Notes: generated by a model not told the origin, from the letters alone. A DNA stretch of 64,000 bases from an uncultured virus (IMG/VR IMGVR_UViG_3300024264_000021) (IMGVR_UViG_3300024264_000021:1-64000); one strand, 5' to 3'; positions 27,608 through 35,949 are shown, counted from the first letter of the stretch. Translations and numbers: made by a program.

Positions 27608-29143
27608 TTATGCGGCTTCTGGAATAACTGTATTTGCGGACTTCTCAACACTGAACAATCGCTGAGAAAGTCCAAGTTCCAATTTTCTTTTTGCACGGGT
27701 GACCGCAACGTAAAAGAGATTTTTCTCCATCACAGGAGCATCTTTGAATTCAATGGCAACTCTTGTTCTTCTACCCATTTCATCAACATCAGACTTGTAG
27801 AACACCATTTCTGCATCATCAGCAATACGCACACTATTCCACTCTTTACCTTTTGATTTGTGCATAGTGGTGATGACTACAGCATCAGCAGGAACTTTGC
27901 GCTGAGAATCTTTGATTTGCTGAATGATGTTTAATGCATTGTCAAAACCTCCCATCTTGTCAATTACACGCAAGGAAGTTTTCCACTCTCTATTTAGCAA
28001 ATCCTCTTCCAACTCTTTGTTGAATTCTTCAATTGAGCGCAATCCTTTGAGGTCAGGATGTCGTACATCGTATGTTCTGCCATCTGAAAGAGAAACCAAA
28101 TCCTCAATCATGCGGAATCCTTCGTTGTCAACTCCACCTTCAAGAGAAAATGAAACACCTTGATCCAACATTGAGATTGCTTCTGTCAAACAACCCATAT
28201 TGGTGCGGCACAGTACAGCGGAAGTATTCTCTTCTTCCACACCTTCAAAACCTTTGATGCGCAGGTCTGTCATATGCTGCAGCAATTCATTTGCCTTGTC
28301 TGCAATCTCTGGCAAGAAGCGGAATGATTGTGTCAGAGTGTAGGTAGCTTCTGAAGGCATTTCTTTCAGGTAGTCTGCTGCACCACGGAACTGGTAGATT
28401 GCTTGGTTGTTGTCACCTACAGCAATCACACGGGCAGTTACACGGGAAATAATATCCGAAAATACTGGATTTACATCTTGTGATTCATCAGAAAGAACAA
28501 CGTCTTCTGTAACAGGGATTTCATTGTAGTGCATTTGAACCAACTTGACATATACATCATGCAGCATAACATCACTGTTGAAGTCAAAAGAAGAGAACAA
28601 ACGTTGTGCAATTTGTACTGCACGTTTTTTGCGCTTGTCGGTTTCTTGAAGAATTTTATCTTCAGTCATGTTGGTGTAGCGGCGGATGTTGTTGTAGATT
28701 TTTTCTTCAACATCCTTGGGTACATGCTTCATAGCAATTGTGGTATCACGGGAAACCATGAAACGTGTCATGACTTGAAATGCATGGTATGCAAGGAACT
28801 TGTCATTGCCAGTCAGATTGAGGCGGGCGATGATATCCTTGACGGACATGTAGCCTTTGATGTTGTTGCAGTTAAGACCTGCACCTCTTGCAAGCTCAAG
28901 AGCAAAACCATTTTGAGTCTTGACTTTGAGGTTGCTCATGCCTTTGGCACGGGCCTTGCGCTCAACTTCTTCCTTAACGTCACGATTGAAAGCAATGTAG
29001 AGGAAAGTTTGGGTTGGATTCTGCTGTACCAATTCCAAGAGTGTGGAGGTCTTACCTGTTCCTGCAAGAGCAAGAACTTTGATGTTGCCTTCTACAGTGT
29101 TGAATCCATTTAGGATTGCTTGTTGTTCTGCTGTAGGGGTCAT
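27608..29143 (-). CDS. UvrD/Rep-like SF1 DNA helicase
   Basis: ALAGTGKT, DESQD, VGD..QAIYQFRGA, LTQSFRF, LCRTN, TMHKSKGKEW and LFYVAVTRAK motifs. Confidence 0.93.
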   Translation of the reverse strand: MTPTAEQQAILNGFNTVEGNIKVLALAGTGKTSTLLELVQQNPTQTFLYIAFNRDVKEEVERKARAKGMSNLKVKTQNGFALELARGAGLNCNNIKGYMSVKDIIARLNLTGNDKFLAYHAFQVMTRFMVSRDTTIAMKHVPKDVEEKIYNNIRRYTNMTEDKILQETDKRKKRAVQIAQRLFSSFDFNSDVMLHDVYVKLVQMHYNEIPVTEDVVLSDESQDVNPVFSDIISRVTARVIAVGDNNQAIYQFRGAADYLKEMPSEATYTLTQSFRFLPEIADKANELLQHMTDLRIKGFEGVEEENTSAVLCRTNMGCLTEAISMLDQGVSFSLEGGVDNEGFRMIEDLVSLSDGRTYDVRHPDLKGLRSIEEFNKELEEDLLNREWKTSLRVIDKMGGFDNALNIIQQIKDSQRKVPADAVVITTMHKSKGKEWNSVRIADDAEMVFYKSDVDEMGRRTRVAIEFKDAPVMEKNLFYVAVTRAKRKLELGLSQRLFSVEKSANTVIPEAA

Positions 29144-29188
29144 GATGCCTCTTGTCTAGTGTGGAGAGTTGTCTCACTCAATAGAAAT

Positions 29189-29216
29189 AGTATAGCAGAC
29201 TGAGGGAAAATGTCAA
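29189..29216 (-). promoter_or_regulatory. Sigma70-type early promoter
   Basis: TTGACA-16-TATACT with extended -10 TGn, upstream of the helicase. Confidence 0.8.
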
Positions 29217-29217
29217 G

Positions 29218-29246
29218 GGATATTCCTGTATTTACCAGGAATATCC
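29218..29246. repeat. Perfect 11-bp inverted repeat (terminator or operator)
   Basis: GGATATTCCTG-tatttac-CAGGAATATCC between a stop codon and the next -35 box. Confidence 0.75.
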
Positions 29247-29250
29247 GAGA

Positions 29251-29556
29251 TTAGTTTAGAAGATTAGGTAGAAGGTTCTTGACTTTCTCATGCCTTTCAA
29301 GCACATCTTCATAAGTCAACCAACCAGCAACATAATCACCTTCATCTGTGATGCCTTCTACTTCTCTACCTACTCTTTTGTAGAATACGGCAATCTCATA
29401 CAGACCTGCTTTTCCGCCATATGACATGTTATGTCGGATAGTAGAAATAGAATATCCGTTATCAAAGTCTTTCCAGCATCTAATCGCTGAACCGTCTTCT
29501 AATTCAAAACCACTGATAACTTCTAGTTGTCGACCGAATGGATGTTCTTCAGACAT
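29251..29556 (-). CDS. Conserved phage hypothetical protein
   Basis: FDNGY.IS....SYGG..GLYEIAV...GWLT.EDV motif; AGGAG RBS. Confidence 0.8.
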   Translation of the reverse strand: MSEEHPFGRQLEVISGFELEDGSAIRCWKDFDNGYSISTIRHNMSYGGKAGLYEIAVFYKRVGREVEGITDEGDYVAGWLTYEDVLERHEKVKNLLPNLLN

Positions 29557-29576
29557 TGAAATCTCCTAAAGAGTTG

Positions 29577-29653
29577 TGGCGACCTGTACCGGACTTGAAC
29601 CGGTGACCTCTTGCGTGACAGGCAAGCGTTCTAACCAACTGAACTAACAGGCC
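29577..29653 (-). tRNA. tRNA-Asp(GTC)
   Basis: GGCCTGTTAGTTCAGTTGGTTAGAACGCTTGCCTGTCACGCAAGAGGTCACCGGTTCAAGTCCGGTACAGGTCGCCA; cloverleaf with encoded CCA. Confidence 0.96.
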
Positions 29654-29655
29654 AA

Positions 29656-29683
29656 AGTATAGCAGATTGCGGGGAAATGTCAA
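29656..29683 (-). promoter_or_regulatory. Sigma70-type early promoter
   Basis: TTGACA-16-TATACT, near copy of the 29189-29216 promoter. Confidence 0.75.
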
Positions 29684-29701
29684 GGGATTTTTTTAAATAA
29701 A

Positions 29702-30904
29702 TTAATGTCTTGTCATAAATGCTGCTATATTTTTTATATTTTGTTCACGTTGAAGCTCATCAGTATCTACTATACTTTCAATATAATCAGCAAATTCAAA
29801 AAGCGGAGGTTCATCAAAAGTTAATAAACCTTTGTAACCAAGAGTTGATTTTACAATATATTTGTTATTGAAAAATGATATGTATTGAAGCATTTCTCTT
29901 AATTTATGAAGAGCATCTACAGGATTATCTATAAATCGTTCATTAAAATCTGAGTGTAATGATATTAATCGAGAATCTTTCAATTTATATCTATGCTGTA
30001 CTGTTTTACAATTTGGACATACATTTGCAATATATATACGTGAAGATTCTTTTGAAACTGGTCTATACTCTAATGTTTTAGGTATTTTTTTAGTTTGTTC
30101 AACTATATCTTCAGAGTCTTTTTGAGTTAATTGTTTAGAAAATTCCCTATCAATAAATCTATCTATATTAATAACACCACTTGAAAATAAACAATCATAT
30201 TCCCAAGCAAAAACGGGAATTATCTCATTACAGTCATTTTTCCAGCATTGAGTAAGTCCTACTTTAAAATACCCACCAGTTCCATCTATATCAACATAAC
30301 TTAAATCAATATCATATTTATTTAAAGTTTTTAAAATTAAACGTTTTGTCTTAATATAATTAAGATTATTGTCTATAGTTTTAATTATTGATAAATCTGC
30401 ATCTTGTTGTATTATATCTTCCGTTTTAATTTCAAAATACATTATATTATTGTCATTATAAAATGCTCTTTTATGGTCTTCCATAGCATGAGTATGCAGA
30501 ATTTCTATAGCTAATAAAGTATTGTCGCTCAAAGTAACAACCAAATCTGCTACAACTGAAGTAAATGAACCTTCCTCTTTTACATTTATAAATTCTCCCG
30601 GTTTAAATACAATATTTTTATATTCACCGTTTGTAAAAGATAATGATTCTTTATTGTCTATATTACCTTTAATTAATGAAATTAAAATTTCTTTGGCGTA
30701 TGCATGATACATAGATTCGGACAAAGAATCGACAGTAACTTTAGTTCTAAAATGCGGTCGTTTTACTTTTCCTTTATTTAAAATAAATTCTATAGATTTA
30801 TTTTTATCAAAATAAAATTTTCCTTCCTTTTTAGCATTATTAACATGAACTAAATGTAAATTTTCATTGTACGCAAAGGGAAATTTAACTTCTGCTAGAT
30901 TCAT
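29702..30904 (-). CDS. CoiA-like PD-(D/E)xK nuclease domain protein
   Basis: KGKVKRPHFR, ES..H..AK, ADLVV...LAIEILHTH; later CW..C and CPNC Cys pairs. Confidence 0.65.
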   Translation of the reverse strand: MNLAEVKFPFAYNENLHLVHVNNAKKEGKFYFDKNKSIEFILNKGKVKRPHFRTKVTVDSLSESMYHAYAKEILISLIKGNIDNKESLSFTNGEYKNIVFKPGEFINVKEEGSFTSVVADLVVTLSDNTLLAIEILHTHAMEDHKRAFYNDNNIMYFEIKTEDIIQQDADLSIIKTIDNNLNYIKTKRLILKTLNKYDIDLSYVDIDGTGGYFKVGLTQCWKNDCNEIIPVFAWEYDCLFSSGVINIDRFIDREFSKQLTQKDSEDIVEQTKKIPKTLEYRPVSKESSRIYIANVCPNCKTVQHRYKLKDSRLISLHSDFNERFIDNPVDALHKLREMLQYISFFNNKYIVKSTLGYKGLLTFDEPPLFEFADYIESIVDTDELQREQNIKNIAAFMTRH

Positions 30905-30931
30905 ATCTATACTCTATTTAAAATTAAAGAG

Positions 30932-31008
<77 letters not shown>

Positions 31009-31014
31009 CTAAAA

Positions 31015-31164
31015 TTATTTAAATTTAATATCTTTTTCTTTGATAAGTTCAACAACTTCTTGAAATTGTTTTGTAACCGTTTCTAGATTATTAACGAATT
31101 CACGCATCATTCTAATTTGCTGGTCTTGATAAAACTTAATGGTTTCTAAATGATAAGATGTCAT
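31015..31164 (-). CDS. Small hypothetical protein (49 aa, below the ORF-track cutoff)
   Basis: MTSYHLETIKFYQDQQIRMMREFVNNLETVTKQFQEVVELIKEKDIKFK; AAGG RBS; fills the gap. Confidence 0.55.
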   Translation of the reverse strand: MTSYHLETIKFYQDQQIRMMREFVNNLETVTKQFQEVVELIKEKDIKFK

Positions 31165-31171
31165 AATTACC

Positions 31172-31552
31172 TTATAAAAAATATTCTTTAATATGCTGGG
31201 CTAAAGTCATTGCAACTGTACCTAATAGAAAAACATTTAAAACAACTAAACTTCTGTCATTCCATTGTGCTGCAACAATAGCCCATAAAAATAAACCAAT
31301 CAAACTAAAAATATAGTTCATTGGAAGTAATGCTAAATTAGTAAGTAATGTACCAACAATGAGAAACGCATTACCAATCCATTTTGCCCAATAGGTCCAA
31401 TCATCAACAGGAGTTACAATTTTTGTGATTTGCGGTTCATTCTCAACAATTTCATCTACTACGGAACTATCATATGAAATTGCAGTTACTTCTTTTTTTT
31501 CAAGAAAAGGTTCATTGAACTTTAAATCTTCATTATTTGTATTATTTTCCAT
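31172..31552 (-). CDS. Small multi-pass membrane protein
   Basis: Acidic N-terminus, then three hydrophobic segments (KWIGNAFLIVG.., W..VA..WNDRSLVVLN). Confidence 0.8.
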   Translation of the reverse strand: MENNTNNEDLKFNEPFLEKKEVTAISYDSSVVDEIVENEPQITKIVTPVDDWTYWAKWIGNAFLIVGTLLTNLALLPMNYIFSLIGLFLWAIVAAQWNDRSLVVLNVFLLGTVAMTLAQHIKEYFL

Positions 31553-31584
31553 TAATTACATAATAAATATATTTTTTTTAAATG

Positions 31585-31671
31585 TGGTACGGGGTGGAAG
31601 AATTGAACTTCATTGGCACCGCCACTCTGTTTTGCCGCATGTATATAAGACATGTGAATGGAACACCCCGC
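31585..31671 (-). ncRNA. Atypical tRNA-like RNA lacking a D-arm (UAU anticodon loop, long variable arm, CCA end)
   Basis: GCGGGGT/ACCCCGT acceptor + A + CCA; GAAG-TTCAATT-CTTC T-arm; CATGT-CTTATAT-ACATG arm; lies in the tRNA cluster. Confidence 0.75.
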
Positions 31672-31679
31672 ATATCTCT

Positions 31680-31865
31680 TTAGCTTACCATATCAGCAAA
31701 TTCATCAAACCTTTTTCCGAATTTATCTTTATAATAATTCAACATATTTTGTTCTTTTCTTGCAATAACTTCAGCAGATTCCTTTTTTTCAGTTGCTTTC
31801 TTTTTCATCACTTCAATTTGCGAAAGCATTTTACGTACAACTTTCTTTTGTTTAGCATTAGCCAT
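31680..31865 (-). CDS. Small basic hypothetical protein (start moved to MANAKQ)
   Basis: GGAG RBS before the ATG at 31865; the longer ORF call overlaps tRNA-Asn. Confidence 0.65.
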   Translation of the reverse strand: MANAKQKKVVRKMLSQIEVMKKKATEKKESAEVIARKEQNMLNYYKDKFGKRFDEFADMVS

Positions 31866-31882
31866 AATTACTCCATAAGGTT

Positions 31883-31958
31883 TGGCTCCTGATGCTGGAC
31901 TCGAACCAGCGACCCAATGATTAACAGTCATTTGCTCTACCAACTGAGCTAATCAGGA
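31883..31958 (-). tRNA. tRNA-Asn(GTT)
   Basis: TCCTGATTAGCTCAGTTGGTAGAGCAAATGACTGTTAATCATTGGGTCGCTGGTTCGAGTCCAGCATCAGGAGCCA. Confidence 0.96.
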
Positions 31959-31963
31959 GTATT

Positions 31964-32500
31964 TTAAAATAAAGATTTTAAATCAAACTCTTTAGTATTA
32001 TCATATACTAAAGAAATACATTGTTGTGAACCTCGCATGTATGATTTGAGTTTACCACTATAAAAATCTACTCTATCTTGATTTTTTAATAATTGCTTTT
32101 TATTAAAAGTAGTTGCATAATAATTTTTAGATTTACTAATAATCCAATCATCTTTTTGTAAACTTAATCCAGCTATAAAAAATGATGGGACATTATTTTC
32201 ATTCAATTTCCATGAAACAAAAATGAAATATCCACCTCGCTTAGAGTATTCTCCACCTCTCCAAGAATCACCAGATGTTGTTTTAATCTCAACAGGCTCA
32301 CCATTCAAACGAATATCTGGCTCACTATCAACTTTTGGAGCAATCGCACCTTCAATCATTTCTTCCATCACTGTCTCAAGCAAACCAGAAATATCTTCAG
32401 ATTTCTGCTTATCAGATTTTCTTAACTTCTTTTTGTCGTAAAAATCAAATAATTCCTTTACCTCATCTGTCAGTCTATCTATGATTTGCTTTGTAATCAT
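31964..32500 (-). CDS. Restriction-endonuclease-like PD-(D/E)xK protein
   Basis: EPDIRLNGEPVEIKTT catalytic-type motif. Confidence 0.7.
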   Translation of the reverse strand: MITKQIIDRLTDEVKELFDFYDKKKLRKSDKQKSEDISGLLETVMEEMIEGAIAPKVDSEPDIRLNGEPVEIKTTSGDSWRGGEYSKRGGYFIFVSWKLNENNVPSFFIAGLSLQKDDWIISKSKNYYATTFNKKQLLKNQDRVDFYSGKLKSYMRGSQQCISLVYDNTKEFDLKSLF

Positions 32501-32545
32501 GGTAGCTTTTTAACTAAAATTTTTCTTAGCGGTGAATATTCATCT

Positions 32546-32573
32546 ATCATATCAAAACTATCTGAAAAGTCAA
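32546..32573 (-). promoter_or_regulatory. Sigma70-type promoter
   Basis: TTGACT-16-TATGAT with TGn, upstream of the nuclease and tRNA cluster. Confidence 0.65.
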
Positions 32574-32581
32574 GGATTTTT

Positions 32582-33031
32582 TTATACAAGCTCAAAATGT
32601 GGAGCATCTATAAAAGGTCTTCTTCCTTCTGCTCTACGAATGTCTATATACGCATTCATAGCTTCCTCTGCTGTTCCTTCCCAATTTCGCAAATCACTGA
32701 CAGTCCATGCAGCACCCCAGCGAATCGGAGTTCCGAGTTCTTCTGCAGCGCCTTTCACAGCATCTGCAATTTCATCATATACATTTAATTCCCAACATCC
32801 TCTTCCGCCAACATATGCCATTAAGTCTACAGCATTGCCAGTGAGGTGTTTTGATTTCATTGTTTGTGATGCACCTTTTTCTACAAGTGCCTTCTGTTGT
32901 TCTTCTGTTCGTAAACCTTCAATAACTCCGAAGTCTACTGTTGTTAACTCAATTGCTCTTTTAACAACATCTACTAATTCAGGTTTTACACCTTCTAGTT
33001 TGTCTAATGACCGCTGTGATAGTTTAAACAT
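32582..33031 (-). CDS. M15-family (L-Ala-D-Glu-type) peptidase, probable endolysin
   Basis: EGLRT.EQQ, SKHLTGNAVDL, IRWG and DAPHFEL motifs. Confidence 0.9.
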   Translation of the reverse strand: MFKLSQRSLDKLEGVKPELVDVVKRAIELTTVDFGVIEGLRTEEQQKALVEKGASQTMKSKHLTGNAVDLMAYVGGRGCWELNVYDEIADAVKGAAEELGTPIRWGAAWTVSDLRNWEGTAEEAMNAYIDIRRAEGRRPFIDAPHFELV

Positions 33032-33034
33032 TTA

Positions 33035-33241
33035 TTATTCTCCTATAAATTGTGAACAATACCTTCGTACATTTTCATGTATATTCTCATAATTAGTTTT
33101 ACATAATTTTACGAAATTATCATGATGAAATTTAGAATACTCATTTTCAACATTCCAACTGCCGTAAAATAGTAACAACCACATTGCATAAAAAATAACA
33201 AAAAATGTAAAAGTTCTTCTATAGTAATGCAAATTTTTCAT
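33035..33241 (-). CDS. Small single-pass membrane protein (start moved to MKNLHY)
   Basis: TFTFFVIFYAMWLLLFYG transmembrane segment, then two Cys; directly upstream of the endolysin. Confidence 0.55.
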   Translation of the reverse strand: MKNLHYYRRTFTFFVIFYAMWLLLFYGSWNVENEYSKFHHDNFVKLCKTNYENIHENVRRYCSQFIGE

Positions 33242-33683
33242 ATAAATTATTTGGTGTAGTATATAAAAATACTTTACCTGGAAGTGTATTGTTTTTCCAA
33301 GCAATATCCCCTACACATTTCATACCATTCCTTTCATAAAAATTAATAGCTTTAGTGTTATTGCTTCTTACAGTTAAAAACAATTTATCATCTAATTCAT
33401 TTAAAAACTTTTTAAATATTTGTGTTGCTCTTCCATCTCTATATTTTGTTACTATTTGATGTAGTATAAAATTACCTTTTAAAGCATGTATGTTGCCTAA
33501 TCGTGTTTTTTTCAAATACTTATTATATATTATAATAACATCATTTTCATATATAACATTACCTTTTTCAAGGTTTCTATCTATGTAGTCTTTTCTGATG
33601 TGGGGAAATATATCACGATAAAGATAAAATATTTTAATTATATCAGATGCATCATTTAGAGATGCTCGGTTCAAAGAGTCCAT
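33219..33683 (-). CDS. GNAT-family acetyltransferase (probable start MDSLNR)
   Basis: LHQI.....G.A and LTVRSNN.KAINFYERNGM motifs. Confidence 0.85.
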   Translation of the reverse strand: MDSLNRASLNDASDIIKIFYLYRDIFPHIRKDYIDRNLEKGNVIYENDVIIIYNKYLKKTRLGNIHALKGNFILHQIVTKYRDGRATQIFKKFLNELDDKLFLTVRSNNTKAINFYERNGMKCVGDIAWKNNTLPGKVFLYTTPNNLYEKFALL

Positions 33684-34065
33684 GGCCTTTTGCGTGTATA
33701 TGAGAAAACGGAGTTTCACGATTTAACATATAATATTCATATCTTGTCATTCCGAATTCATTGATTGCGTGTAAAACATGTTCATAGTCAAATGATTTAC
33801 ATGAATATAAATCAAATTGTAAATAACATGGTGGTTTCTCATCCCATATGTGTAATGTTGTTGAACTTGTTGTAAGTGCGGCAATTGCCGTAATTCCACG
33901 ATTATTTTCTTTGTCACAATAAACCGCTTTAGGTTCTATTAAAGTGACCATACCAACACTTTTAATTAAACGTGACATCCAATCTTCAACAAAAGATATA
34001 TCTTGTAGTTTAGGAGTACCTGCTACTTCTGCTCTAACTATAAAGTGTTTATGTTCTAATTCCAT
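33652..34065 (-). CDS. speD: S-adenosylmethionine decarboxylase-like proenzyme
   Basis: HKHFIVRAE, GITA.A.LTTSS..LHIWDE and QFDLYSCK.FD motifs. Confidence 0.8.
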   Translation of the reverse strand: MELEHKHFIVRAEVAGTPKLQDISFVEDWMSRLIKSVGMVTLIEPKAVYCDKENNRGITAIAALTTSSTTLHIWDEKPPCYLQFDLYSCKSFDYEHVLHAINEFGMTRYEYYMLNRETPFSHIHAKGHGLFEPSISK

Positions 34066-34604
34066 TACACACCAGTTGAACCAAAGCCACCTTTACGATT
34101 GCGTTCTTCCGGTGGCACTACGTATTCATTGATGAGTGTTGGTATATTTTTAACTAGTTCACCTTGACAAATTCTCATTCCATCTGTCACTTCAAAAGGA
34201 ACTAATGATGTATTTTCAATTAAAACAAATGTTTCTTGTACATAATCAGAATCAATAACGGCTTCCTGATTAACTAAAACAATACCATTTTTTAAAGCTA
34301 AACCAGATCTTGCATGTAGGCGTACACTGTATCCTTGGGGAATATCAAAAATGATTCCAGTTGGAATCATAGCACGATGACCATTATAAATTGTTATGCA
34401 ATCAGAACGTACAAGTACTTTAGCATAGTCTTGAAAGTTACTGCTATATACTTTAACTGTTGACTCATCTGGTAAAGAAGCATACACATCAAAACATGCT
34501 GAACCATCTGTAGCAAAAGTAGGTAACATGGCATGTTCATATATTCTATAAACACCTAACTTAACAGGTTCATTATTATCATTCACTACTCTCCAGTTTT
34601 CCAT
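34065..34604 (-). CDS. dut: Trimeric dUTPase
   Basis: GSACFD, RSGLALK.G, VIDSDY, RICQ and RKGGFGSTG motifs. Confidence 0.95.
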   Translation of the reverse strand: MENWRVVNDNNEPVKLGVYRIYEHAMLPTFATDGSACFDVYASLPDESTVKVYSSNFQDYAKVLVRSDCITIYNGHRAMIPTGIIFDIPQGYSVRLHARSGLALKNGIVLVNQEAVIDSDYVQETFVLIENTSLVPFEVTDGMRICQGELVKNIPTLINEYVVPPEERNRKGGFGSTGV

Positions 34605-34858
34605 AATTAACCTTTATTCAATTTTAATGGACTATTTTTATCATATAGACAATGATTAGAAAGTATTTCTACTTTTTGTTCTTTTGATAATTTTTCATTT
34701 TTAATGACTTCTACAAATTCATTTATAAATTTTTTTCTATTAAAAGATTTAGTATGAATATTTTCTTTATCTTTTAGGTGTTTAAAACCTACCACCTTTT
34801 CCATAATTAACCTTTATTCAATTTTAATGGACTATTTTTATCATATAGACAATGATTA
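34597..34858. repeat. 62-bp perfect direct repeat, copies 200 bp apart
   Basis: 34597-34658 is identical to 34797-34858. Confidence 0.95.
34607..34804 (-). CDS. Small hypothetical protein, paralog of 34807-35001
   Basis: SFN.KKFI.EF and an identical NHCLYDKNSPLKLNKG C-terminus. Confidence 0.75.
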   Translation of the reverse strand: MEKVVGFKHLKDKENIHTKSFNRKKFINEFVEVIKNEKLSKEQKVEILSNHCLYDKNSPLKLNKG

Positions 34859-35001
34859 TATAATAATTTATCTATTTGTTCTTCACTCAAACCTTTATTA
34901 TCCATTAAATTCATAAATTCTTTTATGAATTTTTTTGTGTTGAAAGAACTAACAATTAATTTAATGTTAGTTCTTTTTTTGAATGCTGTCATTTTTTTCA
35001 T
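34807..35001 (-). CDS. Small hypothetical protein, paralog of 34607-34804
   Basis: SFN.KKFI.EF and an identical NHCLYDKNSPLKLNKG C-terminus. Confidence 0.75.
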   Translation of the reverse strand: MKKMTAFKKRTNIKLIVSSFNTKKFIKEFMNLMDNKGLSEEQIDKLLYNHCLYDKNSPLKLNKG

Positions 35002-35023
35002 AATAAATCACTAGTAAATGGTA

Positions 35024-35446
35024 TTAATTTTTAGAACCAACTTGGTACTTAGCTACCAATTCCCATTGAATCTTTTCTTTATGTGGAATTATTTTTATTT
35101 GAGAAATTGGAACCAAAGGTTCTTCTACTTGATTTAAATCTTTAATTTCAACTAAATTCCAATCATGAAGTAATTTAGCAATTGTGTTTCTTCTAGCTAA
35201 ATCTGATTCAGTAAAGTTACTTTCTTTACCATCTAATTTAAAAAGTTCTTTAAAAGATAAAATTACATATCTTCCACGTTTATGTAGTATATGGCAAGAT
35301 TGGTATAATTTTTTTTCTTTTTTAGAAGCTATTCCAATTCTAGTTAATGTTTCTCTAACTTTTAAAAAATCATCTTGACTTTTTAAATCTACTTCCACTC
35401 CAACGCCACGAAATATATCTTCGTTCATAGTATCTTCGGATAACAT
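35024..35446 (-). CDS. regA: T4-like translational repressor RegA
   Basis: DDFLKVRETLTRIGIAS, LYQSCHILHKRGRY.I..FKELF.LDG and RRNTIA.LL.DW motifs. Confidence 0.97.
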   Translation of the reverse strand: MLSEDTMNEDIFRGVGVEVDLKSQDDFLKVRETLTRIGIASKKEKKLYQSCHILHKRGRYVILSFKELFKLDGKESNFTESDLARRNTIAKLLHDWNLVEIKDLNQVEEPLVPISQIKIIPHKEKIQWELVAKYQVGSKN

Positions 35447-35492
35447 AAAATCTCCTTAATAATTTATTTTAACATATAATTCTCATCAAATA

Positions 35493-35500
35493 TATTTATA
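35493..35500 (-). promoter_or_regulatory. T4-type late promoter TATAAATA
   Basis: Exact consensus in the gp62-regA gap. Confidence 0.5.
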
Positions 35501-35505
35501 TTTTT

Positions 35506-35943
35506 TTATTTTTCTGTAACACCATAAGTTAGTGATTTTTCTATGTCTTTTAATTCACTATCGGATAGTATATCCAGAAACTCCGCAGCTTTTTTAAGAG
35601 AAACATTATAAAACTTGCTAACAAGTTCTATTTTATCTTGGTCACGTTTCATCCACTCAGCGAATCTTTTTCTTTTACTAATACTATAATAGTAAAAGTC
35701 ATACTCCATTTTATCACTAAGTGCAGGATAAAGATTCATCTCTTTTACAAAAAAAATACAATCTTGATAACTGGCAATAGCCTTGTTAACTATATATGAT
35801 GAGTAATTTTCTAAATTATCTCCGAGATATTGTTCTTTAGTATTAATTGATTTTACATACTCAAACAAATTTATTTTCTTGGGCGGTTCTAATTCATATT
35901 CAACTTCTTCATGGTTCTCTAAACCAAAAACATTTGTTGACAT
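35506..35943 (-). CDS. gp62: Clamp loader small subunit gp62
   Basis: LFEYVKSIN, YIVNK, EMN, YDFY..SI.KRKRF..W motifs; between gp44 and regA. Confidence 0.92.
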   Translation of the reverse strand: MSTNVFGLENHEEVEYELEPPKKINLFEYVKSINTKEQYLGDNLENYSSYIVNKAIASYQDCIFFVKEMNLYPALSDKMEYDFYYYSISKRKRFAEWMKRDQDKIELVSKFYNVSLKKAAEFLDILSDSELKDIEKSLTYGVTEK

Positions 35944-35949
35944 ATTACC

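Noticed and set aside
31585..31671. tmRNA or tRNA-Sec interpretation of the tRNA-like RNA
   Set aside because: No G3-U70 pair, too short and no tag ORF for tmRNA; no UCA anticodon or extended D-stem for tRNA-Sec
31425..31943. ORF 31425-31892 (+) and the long start of 31680-31943 (-)
   Set aside because: Both overlap tRNA or tRNA-like genes; the minus ORF has a better start with RBS at 31865
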